From: an uncultured Haloferula sp.
GTDB lineage: Bacteria > Verrucomicrobiota > Verrucomicrobiia > Verrucomicrobiales > Akkermansiaceae
Direction: 5' to 3'
Length of the DNA stretch: 64,000 nt
NCBI GenBank assembly: GCA_965652295.1
Contig: CBFGTS010000007.1
Coordinates: 64,001-128,000 of the forward strand
The notes below the pieces were generated by a model. The model had not been told where the DNA came from and made no database searches. It worked only from the letters and a program-made list of their open reading frames with translations. Both the position numbers and the translations under genes were made by a program. Positions 60,970-64,000 of this stretch are shown in pieces (within the stretch, counting starts at the first letter, position 1; every line of letters starts with the position of its first letter).

Positions 60970-61233
60970 ATGGCCAACCACAAGTCAGCCCTCAAGCGCG
61001 TCCGTCAGACCAAAGTCCGGACCGAGCGCAACCGCGCCCGCAAGACCACCATCAAAAAGCTCCGCAAGGAAACCCTCGCTGCCGTTGCCGAGGGCGACAG
61101 CAAGACGGCTGCTTCCGCTGCTTCCAAGCTTTCCTCCGCGTTGGACAAGGCGGCCAAGAAGGGCCTGATCCACGCCAACAAGGCTTCCAACATCAAGAGC
61201 AAGACGTCCAAAGCTCTCGCCTCCATCGGCTGA
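60970..61233 (+). CDS. rpsT: 30S ribosomal protein S20
   Basis: MANHKSALKRVRQ...LDKAAKKGLIHANKA. Confidence 0.97.
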   Translation: MANHKSALKRVRQTKVRTERNRARKTTIKKLRKETLAAVAEGDSKTAASAASKLSSALDKAAKKGLIHANKASNIKSKTSKALASIG

Positions 61234-61274
61234 ATCCGGGAGCGTCTGCCGAAAGGGCGTCCGAAAAATCACTC

Positions 61275-61305
61275 AAGCGGCGCCGAATCCCGGTGCCGCT
61301 TTTTT
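61275..61305 (+). terminator. Intrinsic terminator after rpsT
   Basis: aagcggcgccg-aatcc-cggtgccgctt stem followed by a T run. Confidence 0.75.
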
Positions 61306-61317
61306 CGTAGTAACCTC

Positions 61318-61557
61318 ATGAGCGAATCATCCCCGCCCCCGCCATCGGCTCGCCAAATGAAAGCCGCGGAAATCGCGTCGAATCCCTCCGGCTACAAGGT
61401 CTGCGAAGGCTGTGAATCGATCGTCGGCCGTGGCGTGGTGCTTTGCCCGAATTGCCATAGCTTCCGGTTTGACGGGGCTTCGGTGCGGGTCATCGAGCAG
61501 GCGACCTTGCTCGGTTCCCGCGACCAGACTTCGGTCACCATGGGCGACTTGTCCTGA
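61318..61557 (+). CDS. Small zinc-ribbon protein
   Basis: YKVCEGCESIV...CPNC. Confidence 0.75.
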   Translation: MSESSPPPPSARQMKAAEIASNPSGYKVCEGCESIVGRGVVLCPNCHSFRFDGASVRVIEQATLLGSRDQTSVTMGDLS

Positions 61558-61587
61558 CACGGGTCGTTTGCTGGCAGGCAGGCTCGC

Positions 61588-61944
61588 TCAGTCCTCTCGC
61601 AGCAGCGCTTCCCGCGTCTGCCGGGCGCGTTCGGCGAGCAGGGAACGCACGACGCTCACCAAGACCACCGCTGAGGCGACGAAAGCGGCCGTTTCCCAAG
61701 TGGCAGAGGGATCTTCGCCGAGCCGGATCAGCGCCGGAGCGCAGCGCGCAGCACCGAGGAGGGCCAGCACCCCCGCGCCGATGACGCCGTGCCAGCGGGA
61801 GCGAAGGGAAAACAGACCGCAGATGATCCAGCCGCCGCCGAGCGTCAACGCACCTTGAAGAAGCCCGGGGTTGCCGATGCGGGCTTCCGCGACAAAGCCC
61901 ATGGCGACCAAAAAACCGCCCGCGAGGAAAAGGAGAGGACGCAT
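61588..61944 (-). CDS. Small membrane protein (about 4 TM)
   Basis: Hydrophobic helices; starts 3 nt after the glnD stop. Confidence 0.7.
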   Translation of the reverse strand: MRPLLFLAGGFLVAMGFVAEARIGNPGLLQGALTLGGGWIICGLFSLRSRWHGVIGAGVLALLGAARCAPALIRLGEDPSATWETAAFVASAVVLVSVVRSLLAERARQTREALLRED

Positions 61945-61947
61945 GGG

Positions 61948-64000
61948 TTATTGAAGTTGGATGACTTTCTCCAAACGTTCCTGAAGGGCTTCAAGCAGGC
62001 CTTCCTCGGTGGCTTGGCCACCGCCGGGCATGGTGACGTAGAGGGTGTCGAGTGCCGCGCCTTTCTCGGTGCAGATGCGGGCATGGACGGTATCGAGCCC
62101 GGACTCGTTGATCGCGTGGAAGAGGTCGTGGAGCAGACCGATCCGGTCGATCGCCTGGATTTCGACGATGGTGCTCTGAGGGTCGAGATCGTTGGAAACA
62201 TGGGCCCGCACCGGAAAGGCAATGCCACCCTCCTCGCGCGGACGCAGGAGGTTTCGCTTCGGCTTGAGATAGTCGCGTGAATTGAAATCCTCGCTTTTCA
62301 TCAGCTTGTAGAGGGTGCTGACGATCGATTCCCTGATCTTCGGGTCGGACACCGGTGCGAAGTCCACCGTGCAGACGCGGAAGATATCGACCACGATGCC
62401 ATCGGATCTCGTGTGGAAATCCGCGGACAGGATGTTCACTCCTTCCGAGGCGATCGCGCAGCAGACTTTTTCGAGGAACAGCGGTCGATCGCGCGAGACG
62501 ACGACCACCTCGGTGTAGCCGCGGTCGGCCCGGTCGAGGCCTTGGATGGCGCATTCGAAGGATCCATCGCTTTTCTCCTCCCGCTCCCTGAATTGGCGGA
62601 CGGCGCGAACATGGACAGGAATGGTCCGCGGACTGCGGAAACGGAAATAGCTCGTCGGCATCCGCTCGAAGTGTTCCTCGATCTCCTGCCTCCATTCGTC
62701 GCCCATGGTGTTGAGCGACTGCTCCTTGAGCGACTCGCGTTCGAGACGGATGATTTCGTTGAACCGGTCCTTGCCGTCGGTGAGGAAGCTGCGGGTCGAG
62801 GAATGGAGCTGACGGAGCAGCATTTCCTTCCAGCTCGTCCATGCGTCCGGGGAGGTGGCGTTCGAGTCGGCGTAGGTGAAAAGCAGGAGGGCATCGAGCC
62901 GTGCGGTGGTGCGCATCAGCCTGGCGAATTCGGCGACCACCGTCGGGTCTTCGATGTTGCGGCTGGTGCCGTAGCGCCAGAGCGTGAGGTGGTGGTCCAC
63001 CAGGAACATGATGAGCTGCCGCCGCGAACCGCGCACCTGGAGACGGTTGCATAGGCGCTGGGCGAGCATGGCGGAGCCGTCGATGTGCTCCCGGACGTTT
63101 TCCGAGCGGCCGGTGTCGTGGAGAAGGATGGCCAGGTAGAGGGCCACCGGGTCCTCGATGTCGATCAGCAGCTGGCGGTAGAGCTGGAGTTTCGGGTCGT
63201 CGCTATCGACCAGAGCGTCGATGGCTTCGATGAACCGGAGCGTGTGCTCATCGGCGGTGTAGCGGTGGAAGAACTCGTGCTGCACGAGGCAGTCGAGCGC
63301 GCCGAACTCCGGCAGGTAGCGGCCGAGGAAACCGACGCGGTGCATCTGGCGGAGCGTCCGGGCGACATCGCCCTTGCGGCTGAGGATGCCCTCGAAGACC
63401 TCACGGTTGAGCTTGTTGTAGCGGAACGGCCGGTCGATGTCCTCCCAGTGCTTTTTCACCAGCTTGCGCACCGGCGGGCTGAGCCGCAGGTTCCGCACCT
63501 GGCAGTGCTGGAAGAGCCGCATCAGCCGCTGGGGGTCTTCCTTGAAGATCTCACCGTTGGCCGGATAGATGCGGCCGTCGCGGGCGACGAATCCGTCGAA
63601 CTCCTCGCGCTTCTTTTTGCGAAAGGTGAGGAAACTCGCGAGACCGGTCTCGCGGTTGTCTTCCTCGATCTCGAAGATCTCCATCAACGAAGTCGTGTGC
63701 TGGTAGAGGTTGCGCGTGTGCCAGTAGTAGTCGCGCATGAAAGCCTCGGTGCGGCGGAGGATCGATCGCTGCGGATAGCCGAAATCGGTGGAGACGACAC
63801 CTTGAAGGCGTAGCGTGAGCTGGTCCGAGCCACGACCGGCCTGGTAGTGCAATTCGTTGCGGACGCGGTGGAGGAAATCGTAGGCCTCGTTGATTTCGCG
63901 CAGCGCGGAGCGGGTCAGAAGGCGGCCCTCGACCAGTTTGTCCAGGGAGTTCCAGCCGCGTTTGACTTTGATCACCCAGAGCATGTTCTGGTAGTCGCGC
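61948..64000 (-). CDS. glnD: [Protein-PII] uridylyltransferase, 5' part lies outside the window
   Basis: VRNELH, HEFFHRYTADEHT, LLHD, two C-terminal ACT domains (DRPLFL, DRIGLL). Confidence 0.93.
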   Translation of the reverse strand, partial: RDYQNMLWVIKVKRGWNSLDKLVEGRLLTRSALREINEAYDFLHRVRNELHYQAGRGSDQLTLRLQGVVSTDFGYPQRSILRRTEAFMRDYYWHTRNLYQHTTSLMEIFEIEEDNRETGLASFLTFRKKKREEFDGFVARDGRIYPANGEIFKEDPQRLMRLFQHCQVRNLRLSPPVRKLVKKHWEDIDRPFRYNKLNREVFEGILSRKGDVARTLRQMHRVGFLGRYLPEFGALDCLVQHEFFHRYTADEHTLRFIEAIDALVDSDDPKLQLYRQLLIDIEDPVALYLAILLHDTGRSENVREHIDGSAMLAQRLCNRLQVRGSRRQLIMFLVDHHLTLWRYGTSRNIEDPTVVAEFARLMRTTARLDALLLFTYADSNATSPDAWTSWKEMLLRQLHSSTRSFLTDGKDRFNEIIRLERESLKEQSLNTMGDEWRQEIEEHFERMPTSYFRFRSPRTIPVHVRAVRQFREREEKSDGSFECAIQGLDRADRGYTEVVVVSRDRPLFLEKVCCAIASEGVNILSADFHTRSDGIVVDIFRVCTVDFAPVSDPKIRESIVSTLYKLMKSEDFNSRDYLKPKRNLLRPREEGGIAFPVRAHVSNDLDPQSTIVEIQAIDRIGLLHDLFHAINESGLDTVHARICTEKGAALDTLYVTMPGGGQATEEGLLEALQERLEKVIQLQ

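Overview
GC-rich bacterial chromosome segment, most likely Verrucomicrobiota. That is an inference from the Amuc_1098-type secretin, a PEP-CTERM protein and a PVC-type prenyltransferase-repeat operon. The flanks are housekeeping or conserved genes. Left flank: cyclophilin, a 7-gene PVC-type envelope operon, an MBL hydrolase, a SNF2 helicase, ribF, a secretin, a membrane-anchored protein and an ATPase. Right flank: S41 protease, a beta-oxidation operon, tig-clpP-clpX, bamA, ygfZ, a GT2, an L,D-transpeptidase, rpsT and glnD. The main feature is an 18.6-kb element integrated in tRNA-Asn(GTT) and bounded by 77-bp direct repeats (21080-21156 and 39711-39787). It encodes an intact tyrosine integrase with arm-type repeats, HicAB, an excisionase, and an HTH replication initiator with internal iterons. 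It also has a ribbon-helix-helix regulatory switch whose 56-aa gene is missing from the ORF track. About half of its length is a podovirus-type DNA-ejection module: a cupin, a T7 gp14-like protein, a 626-aa protein with a C-terminal GH24 lysozyme, and a 2278-aa protein. I recognise no capsid, portal, terminase, tail or holin gene. The replication and ejection genes are joined by an unbroken chain of ATGA overlaps, which argues against a simple decayed prophage. My best interpretation is a phage satellite that supplies its own ejectosome to a helper podophage's particles. All family assignments are from motif recognition by eye; no searches were run.
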